NCBI GenBank assembly: GCA_944390795.1
Contig: CALXRI010000006.1
Coordinates: forward strand, 558 to 64,557
DNA from: an uncultured Victivallales bacterium
GTDB taxonomy: Bacteria; Verrucomicrobiota; Lentisphaeria; Victivallales; UBA1829
Reading direction: 5' to 3'
Length of the DNA: 64,000 bases
Part shown: positions 34,485 through 45,211 of the stretch, one piece after another
How positions within the stretch are numbered: the first letter of the stretch is position 1
Layout of the letters: each line of letters opens with the position of its first letter
The notes under the pieces: generated by a model
What the model saw: only the letters and a program-made list of their open reading frames with translations
Databases searched by the model: none
Told to the model about the DNA's origin: nothing
Position numbers and translations under genes: made by a program

Positions 34485-35696
34485 TCACCACGCCTTCTCA
34501 AGAATTCCGGTAATGAGCGCTTCGGCCCTGTCCGGAGTCATGGGACGGGGACAGCTCTGCAGTTTCATCGGGTTCAGAACGGCGTCCGCGGCGATTTTGG
34601 CAATGACGGAACGGTCAAGCCCCTCCACATCGGAAAGTTTCCCCGGTCCGCCGCAGGCGACAAGGAACTTCGCGCAGGAGTCCACAATTTCTTCGGGCGT
34701 TTTTTCCATTGTGCGGGAAAAGAGTCCCGCCATTTCCATCGTGGACTCCCGCACCGCCTTGTCCCCGAGATAGTATCGCCAGAACGGGATCAGCAGCGCG
34801 GCGACGGCAAGTCCGTGCGGAATTTTCCCGTAAAGCGAAAAACTGCACAGATGCGGCAGGGAAGTCGGGCGGTTCCGGATGCACATGCCCCCGAGCGTCG
34901 CCGCGGCGGAAACGCATCCGCGGGCGACAATGTTGCCCGGAGATTTCAGAACGACCGGCAGCGCGCGCACGATCAGGCGGATCGCCTCCTTTCCCCACTC
35001 CAGACTGTCCGGATGCGCCGCGGGCGCGTTCCGGTTCAGCATGCTTTCCACCGAGTGCACCATGGCGTCAAGGGCAGTCACAAGCGTCAGGTGTTTCGGC
35101 ATGGAGACGGTGTATTCCGGATCGACAAACGCATGTGAAGGAATGATCTGTTCCTCCATGATGAGCTTTTTGACATTGGCCTCCGGATCGACGATGTTGG
35201 CGTAAGGCGTCGCTTCGGAACCGGTTCCGGCGGTCGTCGGCAGACAGATGACGCGCCGGAATGTTTTCCCGGGACATTTCAGCGCGGCCTGATTGACGCC
35301 GAAGAGTTCGGTCACGTCAAGTCCGGACTGCCAGGAGAGAAACGCGGCCTTCGCGGCATCCATCACGCTTCCCCCGCCGAGCGCCGCCACGAACTGCGGC
35401 TTTTCCTCCTCCAGAATCTTCACCATGCCGCGGACGTCCGCAACCGCAGGTTCCGCGGGAATCCCCATCGAAAAGCGGAAATCCAGGTTCATATAGCTCA
35501 TCGTGTCCTGCAGTTCCGGCATCGCCTTCGCCGCCGCACCCCTGGAGCTTCCGGTGAACACCAGAACCGAGGAGGCCTTTTCCGCGTTCAGCAGTTCGCC
35601 GAACTGCTCCGCGGCGCCGGATCCGAAGATGATTTCCGTATCGGGATACCGTTCCAGCATCGCTTCATATTTCAATTCGCATTCAGTTCCGTCCAT
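34485..35696 (-). CDS. iron-containing alcohol dehydrogenase family protein
   Basis: GGGSVMDAAKA nucleotide motif and His-rich metal site (LDAMVHSVES). Confidence 0.8.
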   Translation of the reverse strand: MDGTECELKYEAMLERYPDTEIIFGSGAAEQFGELLNAEKASSVLVFTGSSRGAAAKAMPELQDTMSYMNLDFRFSMGIPAEPAVADVRGMVKILEEEKPQFVAALGGGSVMDAAKAAFLSWQSGLDVTELFGVNQAALKCPGKTFRRVICLPTTAGTGSEATPYANIVDPEANVKKLIMEEQIIPSHAFVDPEYTVSMPKHLTLVTALDAMVHSVESMLNRNAPAAHPDSLEWGKEAIRLIVRALPVVLKSPGNIVARGCVSAAATLGGMCIRNRPTSLPHLCSFSLYGKIPHGLAVAALLIPFWRYYLGDKAVRESTMEMAGLFSRTMEKTPEEIVDSCAKFLVACGGPGKLSDVEGLDRSVIAKIAADAVLNPMKLQSCPRPMTPDRAEALITGILEKAW

Positions 35697-35723
35697 GATT
35701 TCCTCCCTGTTCCCGCCGAGGCG

Positions 35724-36686
35724 TCATTTCGATTTCATATAGGCGATCACATCGTCGATGATCTGTTCCAGTTCAATCTCCGGCGTCCAGCCGCAGAGTT
35801 CCCGGATCGCCGCGCAGTCCGGCGCACGGTTCATCATATCCTCGAAACCAGGCTCGTAGGCCTCCTCGTAGGAGACCTTCCGGATCGGCGAGGCGGAATG
35901 CGCCCGCTCGATTACGAGTTCGGCAAGCTGCCGGATGGAAATTCTCCGCGAAGTGCCGATATTGAACACTTTCCCGTAAGAGCGCTCCGCCGGAATCAGA
36001 AGTTTCAGTGCGCGGATCACATCCCGGACATGGCAGAAGCAGCGTGTCTGCTCCCCGGTTCCGTAGACGCTCAGCGCCTCCCCCTTCAAGGCGGCGGATA
36101 CAAAGCGCGGCAACACCATCCCGTAACGCCCCGTCTGGCGCGGACCGACGGTATTGAAGAAACGCACCACGGTGCCGGGCAGTCCCCGGTTCCGGTAAAA
36201 GGCCATCAGGAGAAACTCGTCCAGCAGTTTGCTGCAGGCGTAAGACCAGCGGGAATTGGTGGAAGGGCCGATGCGGAGATCGTCCGTCTCCTGGAAGAAC
36301 GGCTTCTCGGATTTCCCGTACACTTCGCTTGTGGAGGCCACGATGCAGCGTCGGGAGCATTCCGCGGCACAGGTCAGGACCTTGTCCGTTCCCTCGACGT
36401 TGGTGCGGATCGTCCGGACCGGATCATGCACGACAAGCTCCACGCCGACCGCCGCCGCAAGATGAATGACGCAGTCCGATTCCCGAATCAGCGGATCGAG
36501 ATGGGGACTCCTTGTAATATCCTCCTCGTAGACGGCCAGACCGGGATTTCCGGAAACGGCGGCGAGATTTTCGCGCGAACCCGTGGAAAAATCATCCATG
36601 ACGGCAACCCTGTGACCCTCCGCAAGCAGAGCTTCCGTCAGATGACTCCCGATGAACCCTGCGCCGCCTGTGATGAGAAACTTCAT
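35724..36686 (-). CDS. NAD-dependent epimerase/dehydratase (UDP-glucuronate decarboxylase-like SDR)
   Basis: MKFLITGGAGFIGSHL Rossmann motif and YACSK catalytic motif. Confidence 0.8.
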   Translation of the reverse strand: MKFLITGGAGFIGSHLTEALLAEGHRVAVMDDFSTGSRENLAAVSGNPGLAVYEEDITRSPHLDPLIRESDCVIHLAAAVGVELVVHDPVRTIRTNVEGTDKVLTCAAECSRRCIVASTSEVYGKSEKPFFQETDDLRIGPSTNSRWSYACSKLLDEFLLMAFYRNRGLPGTVVRFFNTVGPRQTGRYGMVLPRFVSAALKGEALSVYGTGEQTRCFCHVRDVIRALKLLIPAERSYGKVFNIGTSRRISIRQLAELVIERAHSASPIRKVSYEEAYEPGFEDMMNRAPDCAAIRELCGWTPEIELEQIIDDVIAYMKSK

Positions 36687-36807
36687 TTCGCGTCTTTCCT
36701 CCGTTGCAAAAAATTATCCCATAAAATTACATGCCGAAGTGCAAAATACAAACGGCGCAAACGACTTTTCAGAAGCAATCCGGAAAAATGCAGTTCCGGA
36801 ACGCGGC

Positions 36808-38004
36808 TCAGACATTCCCTCTCCCGCGCGCGGAATCTGCGACCTGAAGCACGGCAAGAGCGGCATTCCTCCCCGCGCCCCGGACGCCGCCTTCAATCTC
36901 GCGGACCATCTCCTCCATGTCCGCGTCAGCCTGTGCGCGGCGCTCCCCGCCGGGGAGAATCCGTTCCAGCGCATCGGCAAGATCCCGCGGAACCACCTGG
37001 AACTGGAGAAACTCCTCGAACACCTTGCGGTTGAGAATGATGTTCGGCATTGTGAACGCATTCCGGAAAAGTCTGCGGATAATCAGGCGCGCAAGCAGGA
37101 ACGTCACCGGATTCAGACGGTATGCCACCACCAGCGGAAGCCCCGCGATGGCGCACTCCACCGTGACCGTTCCCGAAGCCGCAAGCCCCGCCGTGCAGGT
37201 CTGAAGACATTCGGCGGTTTTTCCGCAGAGCACGCTGATCTCCGGCAGCACCGCGTCCGGATGCTTCATAATGAATTCCCGCATGTCGTTCTCCACGTCG
37301 TCACGGACCTTTTCGCGCGGCGTCGCAATCTCAAATGTCAGGTCCGGATGACGCTGTTTCAGAATGGCGACGGTTTCCAGCATCGGGAAAAGCAGCCGTT
37401 TGGTTTCACTGCGGCGGCTGCCGGGCAGGAGCAGGACGCGCTTCGGATCCCGGTGCAGCGAAGGATCGCGCCGTTCCCGGACAATCTCCACAAGCGGATG
37501 CCCGACAAACTCCACATCCAGCCCGCTTCCTTTGTAAATCTCCACTTCAAACGGGAAGATCACCATCATTTTCGTGCAGTAGCGCGCCAGTTTCGGAATG
37601 TTCGACTTGCGCCACACCCAGACCTGCGGGCTGATGTACCAGACCACCGGAACGCCCGCTTTTTTCAGGCGCTTCGCAAAGCGGATGTTGAATCCGGGAT
37701 AGTCGATCAGGACGACCGCGTCCGGACGCCTGCGCTTCGCCTCGAGAAGAAGGTAAAGCATGATTCTGATGAACTTGAATATCGAGCCGAGCACTTCGAT
37801 CAGCCCGATCACCCCGAGCTCCGTGGAATCGACCAGAATCTCCACGCCGGCCTCCTTCATCCGGACTCCGCCCATTCCTTCGATCCTCGCACCGGGACAG
37901 ATTTTCCGGATGTCCGCCGCAAGACGCGCTCCATAGAGATCGCCCGAGGATTCCCCCGCGACAATCCAGATCAGAGGCGATGTTTTCCTGTCTTCTTCCA
38001 TCAA
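36808..38004 (-). CDS. lpxB: lipid-A-disaccharide synthase
   Basis: IWIVAGESSGDLYGARL N-terminus, VVLIDYPGFN, and about 390 aa typical of LpxB. Confidence 0.85.
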   Translation of the reverse strand: MMEEDRKTSPLIWIVAGESSGDLYGARLAADIRKICPGARIEGMGGVRMKEAGVEILVDSTELGVIGLIEVLGSIFKFIRIMLYLLLEAKRRRPDAVVLIDYPGFNIRFAKRLKKAGVPVVWYISPQVWVWRKSNIPKLARYCTKMMVIFPFEVEIYKGSGLDVEFVGHPLVEIVRERRDPSLHRDPKRVLLLPGSRRSETKRLLFPMLETVAILKQRHPDLTFEIATPREKVRDDVENDMREFIMKHPDAVLPEISVLCGKTAECLQTCTAGLAASGTVTVECAIAGLPLVVAYRLNPVTFLLARLIIRRLFRNAFTMPNIILNRKVFEEFLQFQVVPRDLADALERILPGGERRAQADADMEEMVREIEGGVRGAGRNAALAVLQVADSARGRGNV

Positions 38005-38030
38005 GCCTGTTCCTCCGCACTTCCTGCCGG

Positions 38031-39443
38031 TCAGTGTTTTCTGCGTTTCTTCTTCGGCGGCGTATAGTTGCTGCCGCGCCGCGCGGGCGCCCGGAAGCCG
38101 GGCATGCCCATCGTAAGCGGAGCCGCTCCGGACATCATGCGCCCGAGAAGCCCCGTGCGCTTCATCATGTTCTTCATCATCAGAAACTGCTTGACCAGGC
38201 GGTTGACCTCCTCGACCGGGCGGCCGGAACCTTTGGCGATCCGCAGCTTGCGTCTGTTGTCGATCAGTTCGGCATTGGCGCGCTCCGCCGCGGTCATGGA
38301 GCAGATGATCGCCTCCATGCCCTTGAACTGCTTCGGATCCAGTTCGGACATCCCGGCAAGCTTGTCGCCGCCGGGCAGGAACTTGAGAATGTTCTCAATG
38401 CCGCCGAGACGCGACATCTGGCGCAGCTGGGAGAGAAAATCATTCAGGTCGAATTCGTTTTTCCGAAGTTTCTCCTGGAGTTTCTCCGCCTCTTCCCGGT
38501 CGATTTCCTCGGCGGCCTTCTCGACCAGCGTGACAATGTCGCCCATGCCGAGAATTCTCGAGGCCATGCGGTCGGGGTGAAACACGTCAAGATTGTCAAG
38601 CTTCTCGCCGATGCCGACAAATTTCACAGGGCAGCCGGTGACGTGCCGGATCGAAAACGCCGCGCCGCCGCGGGCGTCACCGTCCAGTTTCGTCAGCACC
38701 ACGCCGGTCAGCTGAAGCGCGTCATTGAAGTGTTTCGCCACTGAAACCGCCTGCTGTCCGAGTGCGGCGTCGGCGACGAGCAGGATCTCGCCCGCATGCG
38801 TGATCTGCCGCAGCCGGATCAGCTCCTGAACCATCGGGGTGTCGATCTGAAGGCGTCCCGCGGTATCGAGAATCAGATAGTCCGCCAGACCGCGTCTCGC
38901 TTCCGCGACGGCGTTCTGCGCAATGGCGGCAACATCCGGATTGCCGCGTTCGGCATAAACGGGAACGCCGATCTCCTTTCCCAGGATCTCCAGCTGGTCG
39001 ATCGCGGCGGGCCGGTAGACGTCGCAGGCCGCCATCATGACTTTTTTATTGCGCTTTTTCAAGTTGAGCGCAAGCTTGGCGCTCGTTGTCGTCTTGCCGC
39101 TTCCGTGAAGACCGACCATCATGATGATGTTCGGGGACTGCCCGTCCGCAAGCGGCGCTTCGGATTCCCCGAGGAACTCGACCAGTTTGTCATAGACGAT
39201 CTTGACCGCCTGCTGCCCCGGCGTGACGCTCCGGAGAACGGCCTCTCCGAGACATTCGGCGGAAACCCTTTTCACGAATTCGTCCGCAATGCCGATATTG
39301 ACATCCGCCTCCAGCAGCGCCTCGCGGATATCGTTCATGGCCGGGGCGATGTTCGATTCCGAAATCACAGCCTGACCGCGCAGACGCTTCAGAGCGGACT
39401 GCAATTTGTTTGCAAGATTATCAAACATTTCATTGTTCTCCAT
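38031..39443 (-). CDS. ffh: signal recognition particle protein Ffh
   Basis: MFDNLANKLQ N-terminus, GLHGSGKTTT, DTAGR, and a Met-rich M domain. Confidence 0.95.
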   Translation of the reverse strand: MENNEMFDNLANKLQSALKRLRGQAVISESNIAPAMNDIREALLEADVNIGIADEFVKRVSAECLGEAVLRSVTPGQQAVKIVYDKLVEFLGESEAPLADGQSPNIIMMVGLHGSGKTTTSAKLALNLKKRNKKVMMAACDVYRPAAIDQLEILGKEIGVPVYAERGNPDVAAIAQNAVAEARRGLADYLILDTAGRLQIDTPMVQELIRLRQITHAGEILLVADAALGQQAVSVAKHFNDALQLTGVVLTKLDGDARGGAAFSIRHVTGCPVKFVGIGEKLDNLDVFHPDRMASRILGMGDIVTLVEKAAEEIDREEAEKLQEKLRKNEFDLNDFLSQLRQMSRLGGIENILKFLPGGDKLAGMSELDPKQFKGMEAIICSMTAAERANAELIDNRRKLRIAKGSGRPVEEVNRLVKQFLMMKNMMKRTGLLGRMMSGAAPLTMGMPGFRAPARRGSNYTPPKKKRRKH

Positions 39444-39548
39444 GTAAAAGATGCTATATTACAATACACCGTAAAAGGGAATTAACCAGTTATTATGGCA
39501 TTTTACGGCGAAATTTCAACCATCGAAGCCATATTTGAAGGGGAAAAA

Positions 39549-41231
39549 ATGAGAAGTGACATCATGAAAAGCGGAGTGGAGAAGGCTCCGCACCGGGCAC
39601 TGTTCCGGGCCACGGGTCTGAAAAAGCGTGATTTTTCCAAGCCTTTCATCGGCGTATGCAACTCTTATTCCGCAGTCGTTCCCGGGCACTGCCATCTCAA
39701 CAAAGTCGGAAAATACGTCTGCGACGAAATCCGCAAGGCCGGCGGCGTCCCCTTTGAATTCAACACCATCGCAATCTGCGACGGAATCGCGATGGGACAT
39801 CCCGGAATGAAGTTCTCCCTGCCCAGCCGCGAACTCATCGCCGACTGCGTCGAGTCCATGGCGACCGCCCATCCCTTCGACGCCATGATCTGCATTCCGA
39901 ACTGCGACAAGGTCGTTCCCGGCATGCTGATGGGCGCCATGCGCGTCAACATCCCGACCATCTTCGCTTCCGGCGGCCCGATGGAAGCAGGAAAGCTCTC
40001 CGACGGAACCGCCTGCGACCTGATCTCCATCTTCGAAGGAATCGGCAGAATGAAGGTCGGAAAACTCGATCAGAAAGGGCTCGACGAACTGGAAAAGAAA
40101 GCCTGTCCGACCTGCGGCTCCTGTTCGGGCATGTTCACGGCAAACTCCATGAACTGCCTCTGCGAAGCCCTCGGGCTGGCTCTGCCCGGAAACGGGACGA
40201 TCGTCGCCACCAGCCATGACCGCAGAAAACTCTGGAAGGCCGCGGCAAAGCGCATCGTCGAAATGGCGAAGGAAAACGGTCCGCTTCCGCGCGACATCGC
40301 CGACGCCGACGCCTTCCACAACGCCCTCACGCTTGACATGGCGATGGGCGGAAGCTCCAACACCATCCTCCATACCCTCGCGGTCGCCCGCGAAGCAGGA
40401 ATCAAGCTCGACCTCGCCAGGATCGACAAAATCAGCAAGAGCACGCCGCACATCTGCAAGGTCTCCCCGTCGTGCAATTACCATATTGAGGACGTTCATC
40501 GCGCGGGCGGCATCATGGCGATTCTCAAGGAGGTCGTCAAGCAGAAGGGCGTCTTCTTCAAGCCCGACAAGATGACGGTTTCCGGCAAGACCATCGGCGA
40601 ACTTGTCGCCGCCGCCGCGGACGCCGACGGCAGTGTCATCCACACACTTGACAATCCTTACAGCAAATCCGGCGGACTTTCCATTCTTTTCGGCAATCTC
40701 GCCGAAAAGGGATGCGTCGTCAAAACCGCCGGCGTCTCCCCGAAGATGCTCAAGCACAAAGGCCCGGCGGTCGTGTTTGAAAGCGAGGAGGAGGCCGGGG
40801 CCGGCATTCTCGCCGGAAAGGTCAAGGAAGGCGACGTCGTCGTGATCCGCTACGAAGGGCCCAAGGGCGGTCCCGGCATGCAGGAGATGCTCGCGCCGAC
40901 CAGCTACATCATGGGACGCGGACTCGGGGAAAAGGTCGCGCTCGTGACCGACGGACGCTTCAGCGGCGGAACGCGCGGCGCCTGCATCGGACATGTCAGC
41001 CCCGAGGCGGCGGCCGGCGGAACCATCGCGCTGATCCACGACGGCGACATGATCGAAATCGACATTCCCGCACGGAAAATCACGCTCGACGTTCCCGAAA
41101 AGGAACTTGCGAAACGCCGGGCGGCCTGGAAACCGCGCAAACCCGCGACCACGTCGTCCTGGCTCCGGAAATATGCCCTTCTGGCAACCAGCGCGGACAC
41201 CGGCGCGGTTCTCAGAACCGATCTTGACTGA
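39549..41231 (+). CDS. ilvD: dihydroxy-acid dehydratase
   Basis: [19 protein letters not shown]..., [36 protein letters not shown] motifs. Internal ATG 39549 gives the canonical N-terminus. Confidence 0.95.
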   Translation: MRSDIMKSGVEKAPHRALFRATGLKKRDFSKPFIGVCNSYSAVVPGHCHLNKVGKYVCDEIRKAGGVPFEFNTIAICDGIAMGHPGMKFSLPSRELIADCVESMATAHPFDAMICIPNCDKVVPGMLMGAMRVNIPTIFASGGPMEAGKLSDGTACDLISIFEGIGRMKVGKLDQKGLDELEKKACPTCGSCSGMFTANSMNCLCEALGLALPGNGTIVATSHDRRKLWKAAAKRIVEMAKENGPLPRDIADADAFHNALTLDMAMGGSSNTILHTLAVAREAGIKLDLARIDKISKSTPHICKVSPSCNYHIEDVHRAGGIMAILKEVVKQKGVFFKPDKMTVSGKTIGELVAAAADADGSVIHTLDNPYSKSGGLSILFGNLAEKGCVVKTAGVSPKMLKHKGPAVVFESEEEAGAGILAGKVKEGDVVVIRYEGPKGGPGMQEMLAPTSYIMGRGLGEKVALVTDGRFSGGTRGACIGHVSPEAAAGGTIALIHDGDMIEIDIPARKITLDVPEKELAKRRAAWKPRKPATTSSWLRKYALLATSADTGAVLRTDLD

Positions 41232-41237
41232 CGCGCC

Positions 41238-42197
41238 GTGTTCGGAGAGGAACGCCGCATCGTCGAAAGCGTGATCGGGCCTGAGGCCGACGGCCTGAGG
41301 CTCGACCACTATCTGCGGACGCGCTTCACCTACCGTTCGCGCAGCGCATGGTGCGATGCGATCCGCCGCGGCGAACTCCGGATCAACGGGTGCGAGGCCC
41401 GTGCCGCGAAGCTTCTGCGCACGGGCGACCGCCTCTCTTTCGATCCGGGAGCCGCCGCGGAACCGCCGGTCGATGAAAACTGGACGCTTCTTCAGGAAAA
41501 CGAGCGTTATCTTGCCGTCGCCAAACCCGGACAGCTCCCCGTGCATCCGTCAGGGCGTTTTTTCAAACACACGCTCTGGTATCTCCTGCGCCGGAAATAC
41601 GGCGAACTTCATATCGTGAACCGCCTTGACCGCGAAACTTCCGGCATCACGATTGCGGCAAAAGATTCCGGGACGGCCGCAATTCTTTCCTCTCTCTTCG
41701 CCGGACGCGGAAGCACGAAGAAATACATCGCCTTCGTGTTCGGCGCGTTTCCCGAAACCCTGACGGCGGACGGTTTCCTTTCCGACGACCGGAAGTCCGA
41801 AGTGCGCAAGAAGCGGCGTTTCACCGAACGGCCTCTTTACGGTTCGGAATCCGCGCGGACCCTGTTCCGGCTTCTCGGCACGGACGGGACCGTCAGCGCC
41901 GTGGAGGCGGTTCCGGAAACCGGACGCCTTCATCAGATCCGCGCAACGCTCTGTTCGCTCGGCTATCCGATGGTCGGCGACAAACTCTACGGACCGGACG
42001 ATACAATTTTTCTGCGCTATATCGCATCGGAAATGACGGAGGAGGACCGGAAGAAACTCCTTCTCGACCGCCAGGCGCTCCATGCTTCGGAGCTTTCCTT
42101 CGTCTGTCCCTTCACAAAAAGGAAAATTCTTTTCAAAGCGCCCCTTCCGGAGGACCTATCGGGGTTGTATTGTCGCTGTACCGGTGCTATAATATAA
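41238..42197 (+). CDS. RluA-family pseudouridine synthase with N-terminal S4-like domain
   Basis: HRLDRETSGI catalytic motif and HQIRATL motif. GTG start. Confidence 0.85.
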   Translation: MFGEERRIVESVIGPEADGLRLDHYLRTRFTYRSRSAWCDAIRRGELRINGCEARAAKLLRTGDRLSFDPGAAAEPPVDENWTLLQENERYLAVAKPGQLPVHPSGRFFKHTLWYLLRRKYGELHIVNRLDRETSGITIAAKDSGTAAILSSLFAGRGSTKKYIAFVFGAFPETLTADGFLSDDRKSEVRKKRRFTERPLYGSESARTLFRLLGTDGTVSAVEAVPETGRLHQIRATLCSLGYPMVGDKLYGPDDTIFLRYIASEMTEEDRKKLLLDRQALHASELSFVCPFTKRKILFKAPLPEDLSGLYCRCTGAII

Positions 42198-42201
42198 TAT
42201 T

Positions 42202-42546
42202 ATGAAAAAAATCATCCTGACAATCCTGACTGTTTCGGCGGCGTTCTGCATGACGACCGCACTCTCCTCCTGCGCATACAAGGAAATGAAAACCAATATG
42301 ACGAACCTGGCACAACTCCGTGTCGGGATGGACCGGGATCAGGTGCTGAAAATCATGGGGCCTCCCGTCTCCGGAGAGACCTACTGCAGCGACAAGGTCT
42401 ATTACTATTACACCAATCAGAGATGGATGGACGGGCTTGTCACGCGCGATGAATGCACGCCGGTCGCATTTGACGATTACGGCAAGGTCATCGGCTGGGG
42501 ACCCGCGTTCCATACAGGAGTCTACGACACCAGCATAACCAAATAA
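42202..42546 (+). CDS. small lipoprotein, BamE/SmpA-OmlA-like
   Basis: Signal peptide with lipobox-like LSSC. LRVGMDRDQVLKIMGPP resembles the BamE core motif. Confidence 0.5.
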   Translation: MKKIILTILTVSAAFCMTTALSSCAYKEMKTNMTNLAQLRVGMDRDQVLKIMGPPVSGETYCSDKVYYYYTNQRWMDGLVTRDECTPVAFDDYGKVIGWGPAFHTGVYDTSITK

Positions 42547-42577
42547 AAGGCATGATCCCAAAAACAGCAGGCCAGTC

Positions 42578-43402
42578 ATGAAAAAAATCTATCTTTCCTT
42601 CCTGATCGTCTTTGTCGTTCTGGCGGCGCTCTTCACGGTTTCCAGAAATCTGACTTCCGGCATCATCGACACAGCCCTGATCGCCGCGGGGGAAGGCAGC
42701 AACATCCAGATTGACAAAGGCGCGCTCGAAGCGGAAAAGAAAAGGAAGAAACGCACTCCGGCGAAAATTGCCGGAGCAAGCGGGATGGCCTCCGCCGCGC
42801 TGATGCGCGCATCCAGGGAAAAGACACTTGCGCCTCCCGTGACGAAGCTGGCGAAAAATGCGGAAAAACAGAAATTCAAAAAGAACCTGTTCGTTCTGGA
42901 CTGGGCGATTCTCGGACCGTTCACGAATCTCGGCGAGGGAACGCCCTTCACCTCCGCCAGGGCGCTTTCCTGTGAATTTCTCAAAGACGAGGCGAATCTG
43001 ACTGTAGCGACACCGCTTCCGGAAGGTCTTTCCTGGCAGACTGCCAGCAGCCTTTCGCCGGACGGAAAAGTCACGCCCAGCGATCTCTTCAAGAAACTGA
43101 AGGGAAAAGCCGCATTCTACGCGCTTGCCGAAGTGGAGTTCGATCAGGACTATCCGGATGCGACACTCTGGATCGGAGGACGCGAAGACGTCAAGGTCTG
43201 GATGGACGGAAAGGAAATCTTCGCATTCAATCCCAAGACGCCCCGCCGCGTTGATGCCGCAAAGGTCAGAATGAATCTGACCAAAGGCAGACATACGATT
43301 CTTGTCAAATGCGCCTACAATTCCTGGCAGAGCTATTTTTACATCCGTTTCACGGATTCCGGCGATGTCCCGGTGACTCCCGTGCGGAAGAAAGCAGAAT
43401 AA
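42578..43402 (+). CDS. hypothetical exported protein with C-terminal galactose-binding-like beta-sandwich (paralog of 46248..46955)
   Basis: N-terminal anchor, Lys-rich linker, then WAILGPF...FYALAEV...VKVWMDGKEIF...GRHTILVKC...YIRFTDSGD, which aligns by eye with the 46248..46955 product. Confidence 0.6.
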   Translation: MKKIYLSFLIVFVVLAALFTVSRNLTSGIIDTALIAAGEGSNIQIDKGALEAEKKRKKRTPAKIAGASGMASAALMRASREKTLAPPVTKLAKNAEKQKFKKNLFVLDWAILGPFTNLGEGTPFTSARALSCEFLKDEANLTVATPLPEGLSWQTASSLSPDGKVTPSDLFKKLKGKAAFYALAEVEFDQDYPDATLWIGGREDVKVWMDGKEIFAFNPKTPRRVDAAKVRMNLTKGRHTILVKCAYNSWQSYFYIRFTDSGDVPVTPVRKKAE

Positions 43403-43536
43403 CTCTTTTCTTCCCCTTCCCTTTTCCCGGAAAGAGTCCTGCGGGACGGTGAATTCCGTGAATTTCCCCGCCGTCCCCGGAAACCGATCATATTCCGGGG
43501 CGGTCCGGCAGGAGCATACATTCTTCTCCGAACCGG

Positions 43537-45201
43537 TCAATATTCCTCGCCGGTCTGCGGGTCAACCAGCTTGAACTCTTCGATATGAACGGTCGGATCG
43601 GCACGGAAAGAGAGAGCCTGCCCATACTGGTTCTCAAGCTCCTTGAGCAGTTCGGCGTCATCGTTCTTCAGGCGCGCCAGCACGGTCGGGTGCATGATGA
43701 CGCGGATCTGGAGTCCCTTTTCGCGCTGTTTGCGCTTCAGAATCTCCTTCAGGCGACGCTGGATCTCCACACTCATGCTGATCGCCGACTTGACACGGCC
43801 TGAACCATGACAGTAGGGACAGGAGTCATAAACCACATCCTGAATGCTTTCATGTTCGCGCTGACGCGTCATCTCCATCAGACCGAACTTGCTCAGGGGC
43901 AGGATCCTGGTTTTCGCCCGGTCGTCGCTGACGAACTTCCGCATTGCCTTGTTGACCGCCTCGCGGTCCTGCGCGCTGCGCATGTCGATGAAGTCGATCA
44001 CGAGCTGTCCGCCGATATTGCGCAGACGCATCTGGCGCGCGATCTCCTCGGCCGCCTCGAGATTGGTCTTGAGAATCGCGGCGTTCTGGTCTTTGGCGCG
44101 GCTCTTGCCGGAGTTGATGTCGATCGCGACAAGCGCCTCGGTTTCGTCGATGCAGATGTAGCCGCCGCTCGGAAGCTGGACGACGCGCTGGAAAATCGTC
44201 GCCGCCTGCTCCATGACGTTGTAGCGCCTGAAAATGGGTTCCGCCCGGTTGTGGAGCACGACCTTCGTATCGAAATCGGAACCGACGAACTGATGAAACG
44301 CCTCCTTGAAGTAGTTGAACGCCTCTTTGCTGTCAATGACGATCTCGTCGATGTCGTCGGTCAGAAGATCACGGACGGTCCGCTCAAGCAGCGTCGGCTC
44401 CTGATAGACGATCTGCGGCGCATGCGGCGTTTCCAGCGCGGTTTCCACCTTGTGCCAGAGCGCCAGAAGCATGTCGAGGTCGCGCTTGAAAAAGAGCGCC
44501 TTGCGTCCCTCTCCGACAGTCCGGCAGATCAGTCCCATTCCGTCGGGGATGTCGAGTCCGCGCAGGATTTTCTTCAGACGGTCGCGCTCCCTGCTTTCGT
44601 CGATTTTGGAAGAGAGCCCGATATGGTCGGAATAGGGAAGAAGCACAAGATAGCGTCCGGGAATCGTCAGGTTTGTCGTGACGCGCGCGCCCTTTGTTCC
44701 GATCGGCCCCTTCGTAACCTGAACCAGCAGCTCGGAGCCGCAGGGAAACATCTTCGGAATGTCCTTGACCGTGATCTTCCCGCGGTGAATCGCCAGTTCA
44801 AGTTCGTGCAGCCGGCGCGACCTGTCGCCGCCGCCGAGGAAATTGCGGATCTTTTCGGAGAATCCGCCGAGAAACTTTTTCTTCCTTCCCTTTTTCGCGG
44901 GATCCTCCCGGTCGGCCTGCTTCGCAGCGTCGATTTTCCTGATGTTGTCCACGATATCGTAAGTGGCAGGCAGCATGTCACGGTAATGAAGAAAGGCGTT
45001 CTTCTCCGCACCGATATCGACGAAGGCGGCTTCGAGAGCCGGTTCCAGATGCGTGATTTTCCCGAGATAGATGGAGCCTGGAAGAATGTCATCGGTTTTC
45101 CGTTCGATCTCATACTCCTCAAGACGCCCGTTCTTCAGCAGCGCAAAACGCGTTTCCAGCTGTTCGCAGTTGATTATGATTTGTTTCCTGTCTTTCGCCA
45201 T
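43537..45201 (-). CDS. rng: ribonuclease E/G family protein (Rng/CafA-like)
   Basis: S1 domain (GSIYLGKITHLEPALEAAFVDIG), DNase I-like and Zn-link regions (CPYCHGSG). 554 aa with no long C-terminal scaffold. Confidence 0.85.
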   Translation of the reverse strand: MAKDRKQIIINCEQLETRFALLKNGRLEEYEIERKTDDILPGSIYLGKITHLEPALEAAFVDIGAEKNAFLHYRDMLPATYDIVDNIRKIDAAKQADREDPAKKGRKKKFLGGFSEKIRNFLGGGDRSRRLHELELAIHRGKITVKDIPKMFPCGSELLVQVTKGPIGTKGARVTTNLTIPGRYLVLLPYSDHIGLSSKIDESRERDRLKKILRGLDIPDGMGLICRTVGEGRKALFFKRDLDMLLALWHKVETALETPHAPQIVYQEPTLLERTVRDLLTDDIDEIVIDSKEAFNYFKEAFHQFVGSDFDTKVVLHNRAEPIFRRYNVMEQAATIFQRVVQLPSGGYICIDETEALVAIDINSGKSRAKDQNAAILKTNLEAAEEIARQMRLRNIGGQLVIDFIDMRSAQDREAVNKAMRKFVSDDRAKTRILPLSKFGLMEMTRQREHESIQDVVYDSCPYCHGSGRVKSAISMSVEIQRRLKEILKRKQREKGLQIRVIMHPTVLARLKNDDAELLKELENQYGQALSFRADPTVHIEEFKLVDPQTGEEY

Positions 45202-45211
45202 TCATCATTCC

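Noticed and set aside
39469-39508. 8-bp hairpin CCGTAAAA..TTTTACGG in the ffh/ilvD divergent region as a possible attenuator of ilvD.
   Set aside because: No T-run follows, there is no leader peptide rich in Ile/Val/Leu, and the stem is AT-rich and weak. It is probably incidental promoter-region symmetry.
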